Origin: Eledone cirrhosa
Lineage: Eukaryota
Reading direction: 5' to 3'
Assembly: GCA_964016885.1 (NCBI GenBank)
Contig: OZ024740.1
Coordinates: forward strand, 119,908,001 to 119,972,000
DNA: 64,000 bases
The position numbers and the translations under genes are program-made. The notes below the pieces were generated by a model that searched no databases, was not told where the DNA came from, and worked only from the letters and a program-made list of their open reading frames with translations. Shown one piece after another: positions 51,182-64,000 of this stretch (positions within the stretch are counted from its first letter, which is position 1; every line of letters begins with the position of its first letter).

Positions 51182-54100
51182 CAAGTGAACTATTTTTGAA
51201 AATTTAGTTGTTAGTATATATTGTTATAGCATTGATGTACCTAAATCAATAACAACAGTATTGATAATTTAACAGAATGACTTATATTGGTTATTTATAA
51301 AACAATTAAAGAAACCTTTTAAAATAAAAAAATATATAAATAAACACTAAAAAACAAATAACACCTAAATTAAAACAAAAATCTTCAAATTAAAAGGAAA
51401 CGAATTGTGGTGTCACTTTTAAAAATAAGCTTGTAGTAGCTTAATATCAACATAATATATGAATAGAAACTAACACATGCAGAGATCTAGGACACTTTTG
51501 TTTGTATGGAAGCCATTCAACTAGTGACACAAACTTGTAGCATCAATAAAACATACAGAAATACAGCACCAGGTTTCCATAATGCTTCCGGCAACAAGAG
51601 AACAGAAACTATTTAAGTAATTCAAAATGTTTATTGTGTTAACTATGTGGTGAAACACTGCATCAGATAGGAAAATTATATATATAGGGAAAAATTACAG
51701 TTAAATATAATTTCGATTCACAGACACGCAATCTAATGAGTGCAGAAATGGTTTCTTAGATTGTTGTTGTTGTTATTGTTTAGCCCCAGGTCAGATATAG
51801 TTAAGTAGTCATATGATTAGAGGTATTCCAGCTGTGGCCATCTTGTCTTTTTTATATATATGAACCAATTTGTTTAATGAGTCCTTTCATTATTTTACTC
51901 TTTTTATAAATAAAGAAATCATTATTTTACTCTTTTTATACTAAATTACTGGTTCAAAAAACTAATCTAAAATACTATATCAAACTATTCATCATAATTC
52001 TACATAAGACCCATTAGATTATCTTTCAGACACTAACCTAATAATGAAAATGTTACTTATATTACTCAAGCCCTATAAATTCTGAATCATTTTCAATTTG
52101 ATTTGAACATTATATGTTGTGCCTAACAACAGAAATATGGTAAAGAAATGGTTAAAGCCATGTGTTGTGATTTGAAAGTGATTTGGCTGCTATTTATAAC
52201 AGATAAAGACCACATAAAGGTTCCTTCATTGGTTTGACAGTTTATTAGATCATTAAATTACTGTCAATAGTGAATCATTGTTAAATATGATAATTACTAC
52301 CTTAATTGACTGTAATTAAATATTAACTGTCTTAACTTTTATGCACTACAGTTAGTTCAATCATTTTATGTAACACATAAACTATAATCATTAATTATTA
52401 TTGATGATACAAAACTAGTATTTATGATACAAAATCTTATAGGCTGTAGTATTAAAGTGATAAATATCTTTGCCTGTCATGTGGGAGTGGGATTTTATTC
52501 CCTGCTGATGCGACTAATAAACTGATTTACCCAATAATTGGTGTAGCAGTATTATTCTCAACTTCAAGGGCACAAAAATATAATAAAGAGAAGAAAATAC
52601 AGAGGCATCAAGATATGAAAGTTACTGAAAGAGTTATAGCACAATGAGGAAGGAACAGACTTAGTCTATATGAGATATATATATTTGGTTTGTGGGAGGA
52701 CACAGTAGTACTAACGTTTTCTTCCTAGTTAGACAACTGCAGGATAAGTACTTAGCTAATAAGACACTCTAACTCACTTTCCTTAACTTGGAGCTGGCCT
52801 TTCACAAGATGGTGTATACTAAAGCAACGAAGAGTAAATATCTGAGTAAATGTACCTTATTTCATCAATGATGGTTGGATAAAGGTGAAGTCAAATTCAG
52901 AGAAATTTGAACTCAAAATTTACATGAAAATAACTAAATATTGAAAGATTTCCTCCATTAATTTACATTACTTGATATTTTATGCATTATGAGTCCACAC
53001 ATCATGATCATAAGTCCAATATACTTACTACTAGGCCATGTCCAAAACTAAAACCTCTACAATATTGAAACCGTATCACAGGTAAATAGATGCCCCATCT
53101 TGAAGTATTAATTATTAATTGCTTTCGTAAGTTACTTAACTTCTCAAGTGCTTAAATTGACATTTGCCTGTTATCATTGCAATGGTATATAAAGTATTTT
53201 CTGCAGAGTAGCTGACAAGAAAATATTATATATGTCAGTTGCCTTGAATGAATAGAGACTATAAGGAAAGGACTGTAGTGAACAAAGCAAACTCTCTAGT
53301 GGCACCACATAAAAATATATTCAATACCGTTTGTAAAGTGCGTCAACATTCAAATAGTAACAGCATAATATAGAGAGGATTCTTCAGGAATAATAATCAT
53401 AACAATAATGTCAAAAAAAAAAAATAAGCAAAAATAAGCAGTCATATTTCTTTCATATGCATAAAGTTCTATAATTTTTATGAGTGGGGAATTATAATTA
53501 ACATCAAAAGGATTTCACGAAGATAGGCCTATGTTGAAAAGAGAATGAGAAGGTTGAGTCATGAAAGTGAATGGGTGAGAAGAATCATGGAATAAATGTC
53601 GAAGGAAGTTAGGGAAGAGGAAGTCCAAGAAAGACATAGATACAGATAATGGAGCAGCATATGAAAGCAACAAGGGAGATGCAGATGATAGAGCAAGATA
53701 GAGAAGCTTGCCTGCAAAACTAACTTCCAGTTTAACTAGGAACATGACCTTAAAACATTTCTAAAGCTTCAAACTTTTTGCCAACATCCTAAATTTCACA
53801 CTTAAGTAAAGGGGGAGCCTCTACATGGGTGGTCAAATTTCCTTGAAACCAAACCCTACTATCTAAAACAAGGAAACTCAGAAATACAGGGTGGTGATGG
53901 CTGAAATGTTTGTGAATAATGGATGAGGGCTGACCTAAAGCTAAACAACAGCAACTGTCAATGAAGAATTACAAAGCACATATAGGCTTCTGAAAGATAA
54001 ACACATCCTTTAGTGAGTTAGGTGAGGGCATGAACAATAATGGTAGGACAGGCTTACATGAAGGACCTTTAAATAAAAAATTGACAATATACAAAGATTC

Positions 54101-55025
54101 TTAGGTTGGCTGGGTACTGTTTTTTCCTATTAAATCTAATGTCTCCAGTCACCTGAATGCTGCTTCCTCTGACAAATCAGGATGAGGTCATCATGCCTGC
54201 TGAGGTGAAAAGGCTGATGCACAGGATATCATTGGTGTCATTCATGGCAATGCTTCTGCTATATTGTTTCAGGGATTCAGCTGAGGGAGTTTTTCTTTTT
54301 TTCTTTTTTTTTTTGTTCCATAAGTATATTTGAAAAAATTAATAAGGATAATTGCAAATAAGGAAGATGCTTCACATTCATTCACCTGTGATAAATATAG
54401 CCATTATCAAGAAGAGCTGATGTCATCAGACAGGGTCCAATGTTCATTGGGTGTTTCAACCTTGAACCATAACATCATCCTGTTGACAGGTCAGCGATGC
54501 GAGCCAAATCACTACTCATCTTCTCTGGGTTTTTAGTTAATGTCCTCTCTCTCCAGCTCCACAACTAACTTTAAAGGGAAGTCACTTCTCATTGAATATA
54601 TATTGCAAGTGAAAGGGATAATACCAGTAGAATTAGTCTTTCTATTCTTTATTTATAAAAAAATAATTAACAGTTGAGTAACATTTTCTTTATTTTTACT
54701 TAGTCAATTTAGCTTTTATTTCCTCTATAATTACAGACAGATTCTGTTTCAAAGATTTTGTCTTCACTTTAGATATTGCTACTATTATTGCTATCATTAC
54801 AACTACTGCTACTTCACATTTAGAGAAAAAAGTAATAACAAACATGAGAACAGTAACAAAAATAATGAAGTAGGAATGAATGCAAGAAAATATCAAAGGA
54901 GCAGTCATTCAGTTTCCATACAATTGAAAACATTTGCCTTATGCTTTTTTTCTTTTAAACATCCTTTACTTAAAAGGAGATTTGTTCTTGTCTAGAAAAC
55001 AATTGTAAGCTGAATATGCACTTAC

Positions 55026-55313
55026 CATATAATACCATACTTTTTTCATCGCGTCCAAGTCGATTGGAAGCCTGACATGTATAAAATCCATAATCCTCTT
55101 GTGTTACCTGTTTTATACGCAAGCTTAGCGTGATGGTATATTCATCATCGCCATAAGCGTCTATCCTATACTTCCATCCCGTTTGCAATTCTGTACCATT
55201 CTTTCTCCACATTGTAACACCTTGTGGCATAGCAGTTATTTTGCATTCTAATATTGTCTCTTTTGATAATGCCTGTCCAATTCTTTTGTTTGGTAAATAA
55301 ATCTCTGGTGCAA
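55026..55313 (-). CDS. Ig-like domain exon (probably membrane-proximal Ig3) of a lachesin/IgLON/DIP-like cell-adhesion protein
   Basis: Acceptor ttttcag| at 55314 and donor G|gtaagt at 55025. 288 bp, phase 1-1. Translates xAPEIYLPNKRIGQALSKETILECKITAMPQGVTMWRKNG...LRIKQVTQEDYGFYTCQASNRLGRDEKSMVLY, with Ig hallmarks (B-strand C, C-strand W, DxGxYxC). Confidence 0.93.
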
Positions 55314-55634
55314 CTGAAAAGTAAAAAAAAAAGAAACTGTTAGAAGTAAATAAAAGTAACAGCAATATGAACCAAATCCAACTGCTAAAGTAAGACAATA
55401 ATTTTGGTCAGATTTTGTGAGAAAGTACAGTTTATTTCAAGTAATAATATTGATATTGAAATTTGACCCATGTAGAAAGAAATGTGTAAATGCAAGTAAA
55501 CCCTTTTGGTACAAAACCCACACTGGTTTTATGATACAAGACTATTTTTCTTTAACTGTTAATATTTATATCTAAACTTTCCAACATAATCTTATGCAAG
55601 AACGTTATGTTCCAAACACCAGATAAATAATACA

Positions 55635-55720
55635 GTGGTAAGAATGTCTCAGGAGAGCTGGATAGCAGAAGGTCTTTAGAGAAGAAACCTCACTCAAGCA
55701 AGTGTTTTGGTTCTTAACTC
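55635..55720 (+). repeat. Unclassified interspersed repeat (second copy ~61740-61828)
   Basis: gtggtaagaa..gagagctg..agcagaaggtctt.aga.aag.aacc.cactcaag.aagtg.tttgg..cttaact shared between the two loci. Confidence 0.6.
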
Positions 55721-57742
55721 CTTACAATCTGAGAGGGGCTGGCCACATCCAGGTTATGATTCGTGGATGCCCTTCTGCTGACATTTAGCCATTTCGATAT
55801 TGGAGACATGTGTATTTAAACCATATGAAGATGTGTTGACAAATCTAGCTGTAGCTCCTCTATGTTGCCTCTACTTTCAAACTTGTATTTAAATGATTTC
55901 TTGTGTTTGGAAAAATAACATTGATAGTCATGGCAGTGGGAAGACATCAACAGTGTCACTACTGCTGCTGACACTTGAACCATGACTCATTCTGAGTTAA
56001 AATACAAACATGATGCCCTCAAACAGTATGAAGATCATTTTTGTTCCTCTTCAACAAGATCCAGCTGGAACTCCTTTACATTGATTCTGATATTTTACTA
56101 AATTACTCAAAGCATTTGATTATTTTTTAAATTCATGTATCAGTGTGTTTCATTAGAATAATTGCAACAAAATGTATAAGAGGTTGTGGGAAAAGAAACG
56201 TTTGTTATATCATATCACTATTACTTTTAACAAAATTTAATGTGCATATTTCTGTGAGAGAAATAGTCGAAATACATGGAATTGGTAATACTTTTGTAGC
56301 TATTTTTCATCAGCATATTTGTATACAATTAAAATAAATGCACCTACACATTAAAATGCAGCTAGTGTACTCTGTAAATTGGTAGTTATTCAAATATAGA
56401 CTACATTGGATGCTATATAGTTTTGTCAAGAAGGTGTCAATCTCTCTAATGATGGTGTTACAATACAATGCATTTTGTACTCTCTGTAAAATGTTTGACA
56501 TTAAGAAAAGCAACCACCAATGGAAATTTGCTGCAAATAATTGTAATGTACGATTGAGTTCTCAACCTTGTCCAACATGTAGTAAATCCCCATAAGAACT
56601 TACTCAGACTGTAACAATCCATCCACCCACTTCCAGCATAGAAAGCTAGTGTAAATGATGATGATGGTGATGATGAAGGTATTGTATTGAAAGATCTTGT
56701 CTACGCTTTGTTCTTGACACAATATTAAACCTTTTGATTCTAATGGAATCATATCCTATGATTTTGAAATAATTTTGAAAATATCCAAGAATTTAAAGGG
56801 ATTTAGTAATATAATGTGTTTGGAACATAACATAACGAAGGTTCATATATCTAATTATATTGGAAGTTTTGAAACAATCTGTTTTCTGACATAGAATTAG
56901 AGTGATTTCAGATAGTTTGGTATCAAAATGGTTAAAATTGTCTCACAACTTGATCCAAGGCGCTTTTAAGTGTTTGAAAACTTCCCATTTCAAAGTCATT
57001 AGCTGAAGTGCATTTTTTTCTGCAACTTGGTATTTATCATAACAGTAATTCTTCAAAAGCAGAATATAAACCATATGTATATATCAATAAAGAACACTGA
57101 GGAAAGTAAAATTATTTGGCTTATGATGGGTTGTAACAAAACAAAAGGTAGAAGCTATCAAGTAGGTACTATGCTTTGAACAAATCAAAATCATTCCAGC
57201 AATCAACCTCTCATCTAGTCAGTTACAGTGTATCTAGTGAGGGCAACATTATCCAATCTGTCTATCCTTTTTATAAGGCTGAGATTTGATGAAAATGTGG
57301 TTGATATTTCTAGCAAATTAAGTGTCTATAGAGAGATGCTGTCATAATTATCTGGCCAGCTGAGAGAAATTCACAGCATATACATTCATGCTTATGTGAG
57401 AAAGGGAATGTAAATTATATAGAGAAGAAATAAATATACAGGCAGTCAGAAAGAGAGATAAAAGGTTCAGTAGTAATGGTTTTTAAATGAATGATGACAA
57501 GAAAAATGATAAAATTTCGTTTACATGTTTCTGTATTGTGTATCAATCTATTATGCACATTTCACAAAGGATATGTACAAGATCACCCATAAAAGTTATG
57601 GACTTGAGGTGATTCAACAAAAAAATAGATGTAAATAAAACTTCATCATTTTTCTTCAACTGTACAATCTGCCTATTTATTGAGTGCTAATTTTGGCATC
57701 ACCACCAATAATCGACTGAATCACACACTATATATATATAAT

Positions 57743-57858
57743 TGCTTCTACTTTTGGCACAAGGCCAGCAATTACCCAGTACATAACTGGTAATTTATTT
57801 TATCAACCCCGCAAGGATGAAAGGCAAAGTTGACCTCGGCGGGATTTGAACTCAGAAT
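57743..57858 (-). mobile_element. 5'-truncated SINE family B
   Basis: ttgcttctacttttggcacaaggccagcaattacccag..gggatttgaactcaga. Confidence 0.82.
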
Positions 57859-57859
57859 G

Positions 57860-58160
57860 AGTAATTAAAAGTATAGTACAAGGAAAAGCAAATGACTAGG
57901 CAAGAAGTAAAGGTTAGAAGAGAAAGATTTATTTAGAGTTTGTTCCTTAACATATGTTTCTATACAATATCTGTCTACGAGTGCTAACTGCATAGTACTA
58001 TGCTCAATTACAAGCATTACGTAAGATATTGCACTTCATCAGGGCAACATCACCTTAAACTATGAACATTATACTCTTTCTGATGAAGTGCAATAACCTT
58101 TATTTCTTGTCTAGCAATTTGTTTTTTCCTGGTACTATACCTTTACTATTATAATTACTC
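57860..58160. repeat. Degenerate fold-back element with CTGATGA cores
   Basis: Inner arms tattgcacttcatcag / ctgatgaagtgcaata; outer arms gtatagtac.aggaaaa..taaaggtta / taacctttatt..ttttcctggtactatac. Confidence 0.65.
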
Positions 58161-58320
58161 CGTGATCTCCTTGGAAACTGTAACTTAAATGCTCTAATTG
58201 GACTGTTGCCTTACCTCCGGCAATGAAAACATCAAGTAAAATACTTTGGTAAGCAATCTTCCATATTTATTTTTGTTTGCACATTGATTCACACAAACAA
58301 ATTTTAACCTGACATATCTT

Positions 58321-58394
<74 letters not shown>

Positions 58395-61300
58395 ATTGCT
58401 CTCAAGTATGATTTCGTAATTGTTGTGGAATTAGCTCTATACTCAACCTTTCCTTTGGTCGAGTGATCTACCAACTTTGGATATAACCTGATATTTCACT
58501 ATACTATAAATATATATATAGCACTTAATTTAACCCTTTTGTTACAATATACATCATGGAAATCAATACCAATAATTTACAATTAGTTTTGAAAATAAAA
58601 GATTAGAGGGATTCATACTTTATTTTCTCGTTATTAGGTTTGTGTTTAGAACATAACTAAAAAAAACAGTTTTTTATAGATAAATTTAAAAACAAACAGC
58701 ATAGTATCATAGAACCAGGGGCAGTTTTATTCAGCTTGTTTTCAAAAGTGTTAACGAAAAGAAGAAAGGAAGGTAAATAGGTAGGTAGTAAAGATATACC
58801 AATAGAACAAGCCAACTGAGTCAAGAACCTTCAATATAAAAAGAGCATCTTACAAAAATGCTGCAAGAGTTTTGATTTGATCAGTTACATTATATCATTT
58901 AATAAACAGCTAGGACCAACAAAATAAATATTTTTTATAGACCTGACATTTATAAGACAAGTTATATTATTTCATTGAGTATACATTTATTATTTATGAC
59001 AGAAAAAGAAGGAAAAATGTGGTTCCCTTAGACAAATATCCTTTTAAGTAAAACGTCCAAACAAAACTTAAACATACATTCAGTTTATTTATTTCAGTTT
59101 TATAGAATATAACTAGACACTAATTATTCCACATTAATTTGCTTTACAATAGCAACATCAAACTGACATTTCTTCCATATTTATTTTGTAAAGTAGATTA
59201 CTATTATTTCTTCAAACTACTTGGTAAAAAAAGGAAATTGTTTATGAGAGATATCATTTAACCGTTTTGATAACACACTGTCTGCAACCATCTCAGGTTC
59301 TTTGATATAAAATCGTTTATCTTAAATTGTTTACATTTATCTAAAAACCTATCATAAATCTATGTAAGAGCCATTGTTATGCTTTAATTCCACCTTAATA
59401 AACATTATATCCCTTTGATTTCTTGATCATTTTCAAAATAATTTTAAAATCCCAGCCTTTGATGAGAAATATGATAAAAGAAAATGAACCCAAGAATATT
59501 AGTTGTAATCTTTGAATAGAAACAGAACATTCAATTTCTTTTACAGCATTTGACTGTTTCAACAGCTGTTCTAGCCTTGAGTTTTCACATTTTTATATTA
59601 ATCATTCAATTTCTGTTAAATTGTTGTTTTTTACAGTTATGCTATATTGATAGTATTTTTCCAGATGGATTCATAAACCAGAAACATATTTGTTTATACG
59701 GCTAGGTTTAATTATTGGTGTGTAAAATGAATATATATCACCTTGTGTTTAAAGCAAATCATGCTTAAAACCCTTCAGCCCAGTATTCTGATACCGACAA
59801 TGTTTGGGTACATCCTGTGTCTTGGTATGTTGTTCTAACACACCCTTCATTTTACCACTATTATATACACAGCATTCTGCACAAATCAGTGGTTGTTTTG
59901 TATAATTGCTTTATATTGAGGACTTCAGTAAGGCATTGCCTTGATTTTTGTCAAGTTCATACATTTACTATCTTTTTTCAGTTTTAATCATGCTTTGCAG
60001 AGAATTCTGTGCAGACACCACTAGCAGGGAATCAGAGTTCAAAGAGTTAAGAAATAAACTACAACTTATGCTCTTCCTGTTATCAAATATTTATCATAGG
60101 CTTTTGAATAAGTTCTGAAAGCATTACATCTTGTATTTGTGCCAATAGTGTTGATACAATGAACTGATATGCAATTATTGTGACTGTTTCCAAGGTCATT
60201 CCTCTAAGCAGGCAATATAGCAGGACATGAAATGTCTTGGGTTAGAATTGTCAAACAACTTCTGAGACACTAAAGCACATAAACTTCCTTGCTATATTGC
60301 AGCTGTTTGGGTTGTTGTGTACTATTCAACCTATTTTGTGAATTCATATGGATTGTGAGTATATGTGTGGGGCATTCATAGGCACACACATACACAGAAC
60401 CCACTAACAAAACTCATTCCCACATAGAATATAAATAAAGGTTGACTAGATGTAGAAAGGATAAATTACTGGCAATCTACTTAAAACAAATACGTAGTTA
60501 AACTTCATAAGGGAGATGGCACAAGATAAAATTACATGAACAAAGTGTTGTGCCTATACTATATATGTGAGTGTTAAAGAGTAAAAAATCCTCCCAACAA
60601 AACTAGAACAACATTATTTGACTAATGCCTATTTAACAAATCTATGTATCATATAAAAGGTTTTCAAAATTACACACATTTACAAATTACTGAAGATGAT
60701 GTGGCTGGTAATAGGAAGACCATCCAGCTGTAAAACATATCAAAAAGAAATGTATAACCATAGTGAGGTCAACTGAGCTGTCTAGACTCAGACCATGACA
60801 ACCCATCCAACCCAAGCTAGCATTCAAAATGGATATAAAACAATGCTACTGATGTTGACTTAAAAAAATATATATATGAAAAAAGAATGTATAAAATAAT
60901 ATTAAAGGAAAAAATTACAGAAAATCATTTGGGAATTATGTTTACTAGATCATGCTCAAGTCATTACTATATGCTGCTTCTTGGTCAGTTATTTCCAGTT
61001 TTGTTTTTAATATCGCATGTTTACAAATATGCATTTGTTCTGACACTGTTTTGCTATGGTTTATACTGGCAATTCATCACAACTAGCTCATCAGATGTAT
61101 TCATTCCCTCCTTAATTATGTTGTAATTGAGATAGATATTAAAAAATGTAGATGTTTACAAACTAATATATTCATAATTTATCCAAAATGTCAGAACACC
61201 ATCAATGAAAAAAAATAACGAAAAGTATGAGTAATTCTTATGAGTAATGAAGTAACCAATACGTAACTCAATAAATATACATGCTCAGTTAACTTATGGA

Positions 61301-64000
61301 AATATATTCCATTGGTATGTATGGTTGCATCAGTGCTGAGTGTTTTCTGATAATATATTAGGTTATAAGTTGATATAGTATTGGTATGTTGGTCAAGCAT
61401 TCATTCTGCTAAAACAATATGTAACAAAGAAAAACAAAATCCCAAAGATAAACAGAGTAAGTGAGATTAATATGATATGGTAGAAAGAAACATATTATAG
61501 AAACACTTACAGCTAAATGAGGTTTGTTTTGCCTAAGTGTGTACCTCTAGCTGAATGCTGTAAGCAACATTGGAAGCAAATTATAAACTACTGATAAATC
61601 TGATTTTTAAAATATGATATGCATAACCTCACTCTGCAAAGTCAAAGATGTCTATGGCTTTCATTAATAAGTGAGAAAGTTCAGAACATAAGAAGGTATA
61701 CCGTTCTTTTAAAATCAAGCTAAAACAAACACTATAGGAGGTGGCAAGAAATCCAAAAGAGAGCTGAACAGCAGAAGGTCTTCAGAAAAGTAACCCCACT
61801 CAAGTAAGTGCTTTGGCCCTTAACTTCTTGAGGAAAACATACATAAATAAGACCAATTATTTCTCTAATAAGTCCCCAAAACACTGAGCAAACACCCTGA
61901 GCCAAATGCTAACCTGTATTCATGATTCCTGTTAAACCAGCCCATGACCCCCACCTTCCAAATCTGCCAATGGGAATGTGGACCACCCACCTTCCGAAAC
62001 CTGGTAAACTGAACAGGACCACAACAACCACAAAATGTGTAAGATAGACCTTATCAAACTGCAGCTGTCATATTATGTAGTTTCTATATAATAAAGCTAA
62101 AAAAGCTATTGTTATCAGCAGCGACTATGACCCCATTACATAATAGGCTCCACTTTCTCCTGTCATCTCTCAACTGAAGCCTATACTATAAAGGATGATT
62201 TAAATTATTGGTGTGCTCCAAATTTTTATGTCTTTCTATACTCTAATGGGGATTCCTTTCTCTGAAGATGGAGGTTTTTAGTCCCATAAATCAATGATCT
62301 ATTACAATTCATAGAGTATATTTCCATTTTATCTATAAAAAAAGGATCTCATTCCATACTTGCTAATATTCAAATTGGTATGAACCCATCCAGCCCTGAA
62401 GGCTGCTAGTTTGAAGAGTTTGATGCAGTGTCTGATTAAATATCTTGTGGCATTTTTCCAGTTCTCTCTGCTTTGAGTTCAATTCTCGCTAAGATCAACT
62501 AAACCTTTCTTCTTTTCAGGATGACAGATTAGTAGAATTGTTAGAGAGTTCTGATGGGAGGCCTTGCAGTATCTGTTCAGGCTCTGTGTTCAAATCACAG
62601 CTTACTGAAAAATCGTGACATAATAGGACTGGGACTTCTATCATTAATATACCCATGACCCCTCCTATGAGATACCATCTCATTGGAGGCCAACTAAACC
62701 TAAGCATATGCAAATCATAACAAGAACATCCAAACATGTTAGCTCGAAGTATACATATATGCAAACACACATTCATATATACACACATATTCCACAGCAG
62801 GAAGCAATTAAACTATTGTAGAAATACATCCAATGTAACTAAGTAATTATCTTCTATGTTACTTACGAGTTGTGATGAGAATTGAATAAATATTAATTAT
62901 ACTAGGTAAAGAAATAAGAGAATAATTTCAGGACAAGGAAAACAGACAATAACAAGTACTGAGAAACTTAAAGGATCTTACTGGCTTTCATAGCACTCTG
63001 CTAATGATTTTCATTTGGATTAACACAATAATAGATTTCTGCTTATATACACATTAAAGTAAAAGTAATTAGAAACAAATTCAAATTAAATGATGTAAAT
63101 GAATGGTAATATATGTAGATTAATGATCAATGACATATGTCCTCAGAAAAGATATAGGAAGGATTGGCCTGGAAAGATTCAATCAAAGCAAAAAAGACAG
63201 ATTTATGGACTGGGATTACACAAATGCATACTTTTTACATGCAAACAAACATACATCTATAACAATATGCATACACACATGCATATATATATATATATAC
63301 AAACACTCACACATTGATATGTACTTAAAAGATTAACTACTTGAAAATAAAAGTAACATGTAACTTTCCATTAGAAGGCTGATGGAGAGAAAGGCAAGAT
63401 CAGAGATACAGAAACACAGACAAAGAAATACACAGAAGATGAAGCAATAGAGATTTATACATTGTTAGATAGACAGAGGTAAAAGAATCATTGCAGACAG
63501 ATAAAAAAAAAATCGAAAGATAAATTAATAGCAAGTGAATTAAAGAATCACAAGGAGAGAGAGAAAAAAAGATGGATTAGAAAGAAGTTAAGACAGTAAA
63601 GAAGCTATAAACCAAAGATCATCCTTGAAATATTGTATTTAAAGGGTTGTATTTTTGTAAATGAATGTATTTGATGTATCCAACATGGAATTGATCGCAT
63701 TCTACTAAGTAAATGCTGTTTTTGATTATATCAGGATTAACTGGCAGCATTACAGCTACTTGTTCAAAATATGTGTAATTAATTCTATAATCCCTTCAAC
63801 GTAATGGTAAATATATTTAGCTATTTTTATATAATAGAAAATATTGTTAAAAGTGAGCTGTATCTTCAAACATTCAATTCCAAATTATAGCTGTTTTACT
63901 TTGGTTATTATGCCATCTCACCTCTACTATATATCAGAGTCCTTATGTCTAGTCAAAATACATCATTATTTCTATTCTGACTAACTAGACATCTTCGCTT

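Noticed and set aside
54696-54908. Hydrophobic ORF just downstream of the Ig exon as an alternative transmembrane exon
   Set aside because: Low-complexity T-rich sequence; the nearest good acceptor would give a ~34-bp intron; no in-phase link found.
61500-61570. Strong minus-strand donor (gtaagt) as the end of the upstream Ig2 exon
   Set aside because: The upstream phase-1 translation lacks Ig motifs (no YxC); the preceding exons probably lie beyond the window.
2995-63336. Numerous [12 protein letters not shown]-rich ORFs in the supplied track
   Set aside because: They are translations of (TA)n, (TG)n and (CA)n microsatellites, which lack stop codons.

Overview
This is eukaryotic, very AT-rich, microsatellite-dense DNA. 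The repeat repertoire (tRNA-SINEs, RTE LINEs with (ATG)n tails, Penelope-like elements, (TA)n arrays) suggests an octopus or other coleoid cephalopod; that assignment is inference. One host gene is supported: the 3' part of a minus-strand lachesin/IgLON/DIP-like cell-adhesion gene. Its three phase-1 coding exons (55313-55026 Ig domain; 20348-20151 Ser/Thr-rich stalk; 17319-17216 GPI-signal-like C-terminus and stop) splice in frame across a ~34.7 kb and a ~2.8 kb intron, and the upstream exons lie outside the window. The rest is transposon debris: RTE LINE fragments (one with a PHD finger inside the RT), two decayed Penelope-like elements (RT + C-terminal GIY-YIG), a GC-rich CRE-like non-LTR element lacking its nuclease core, a mariner fragment, a CR1/L2-like fragment and several SINE families. 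The most striking structure is a set of about a dozen sequence-diverse minimal type-I hammerhead-ribozyme-like motifs. Most sit in short fold-back (palindromic) elements next to (TA)n/(CA)n arrays, and several lie on the sense strand of the host intron. Most ORFs in the supplied track are microsatellite or antisense artefacts. Repeat boundaries and identities were read by eye and are approximate.
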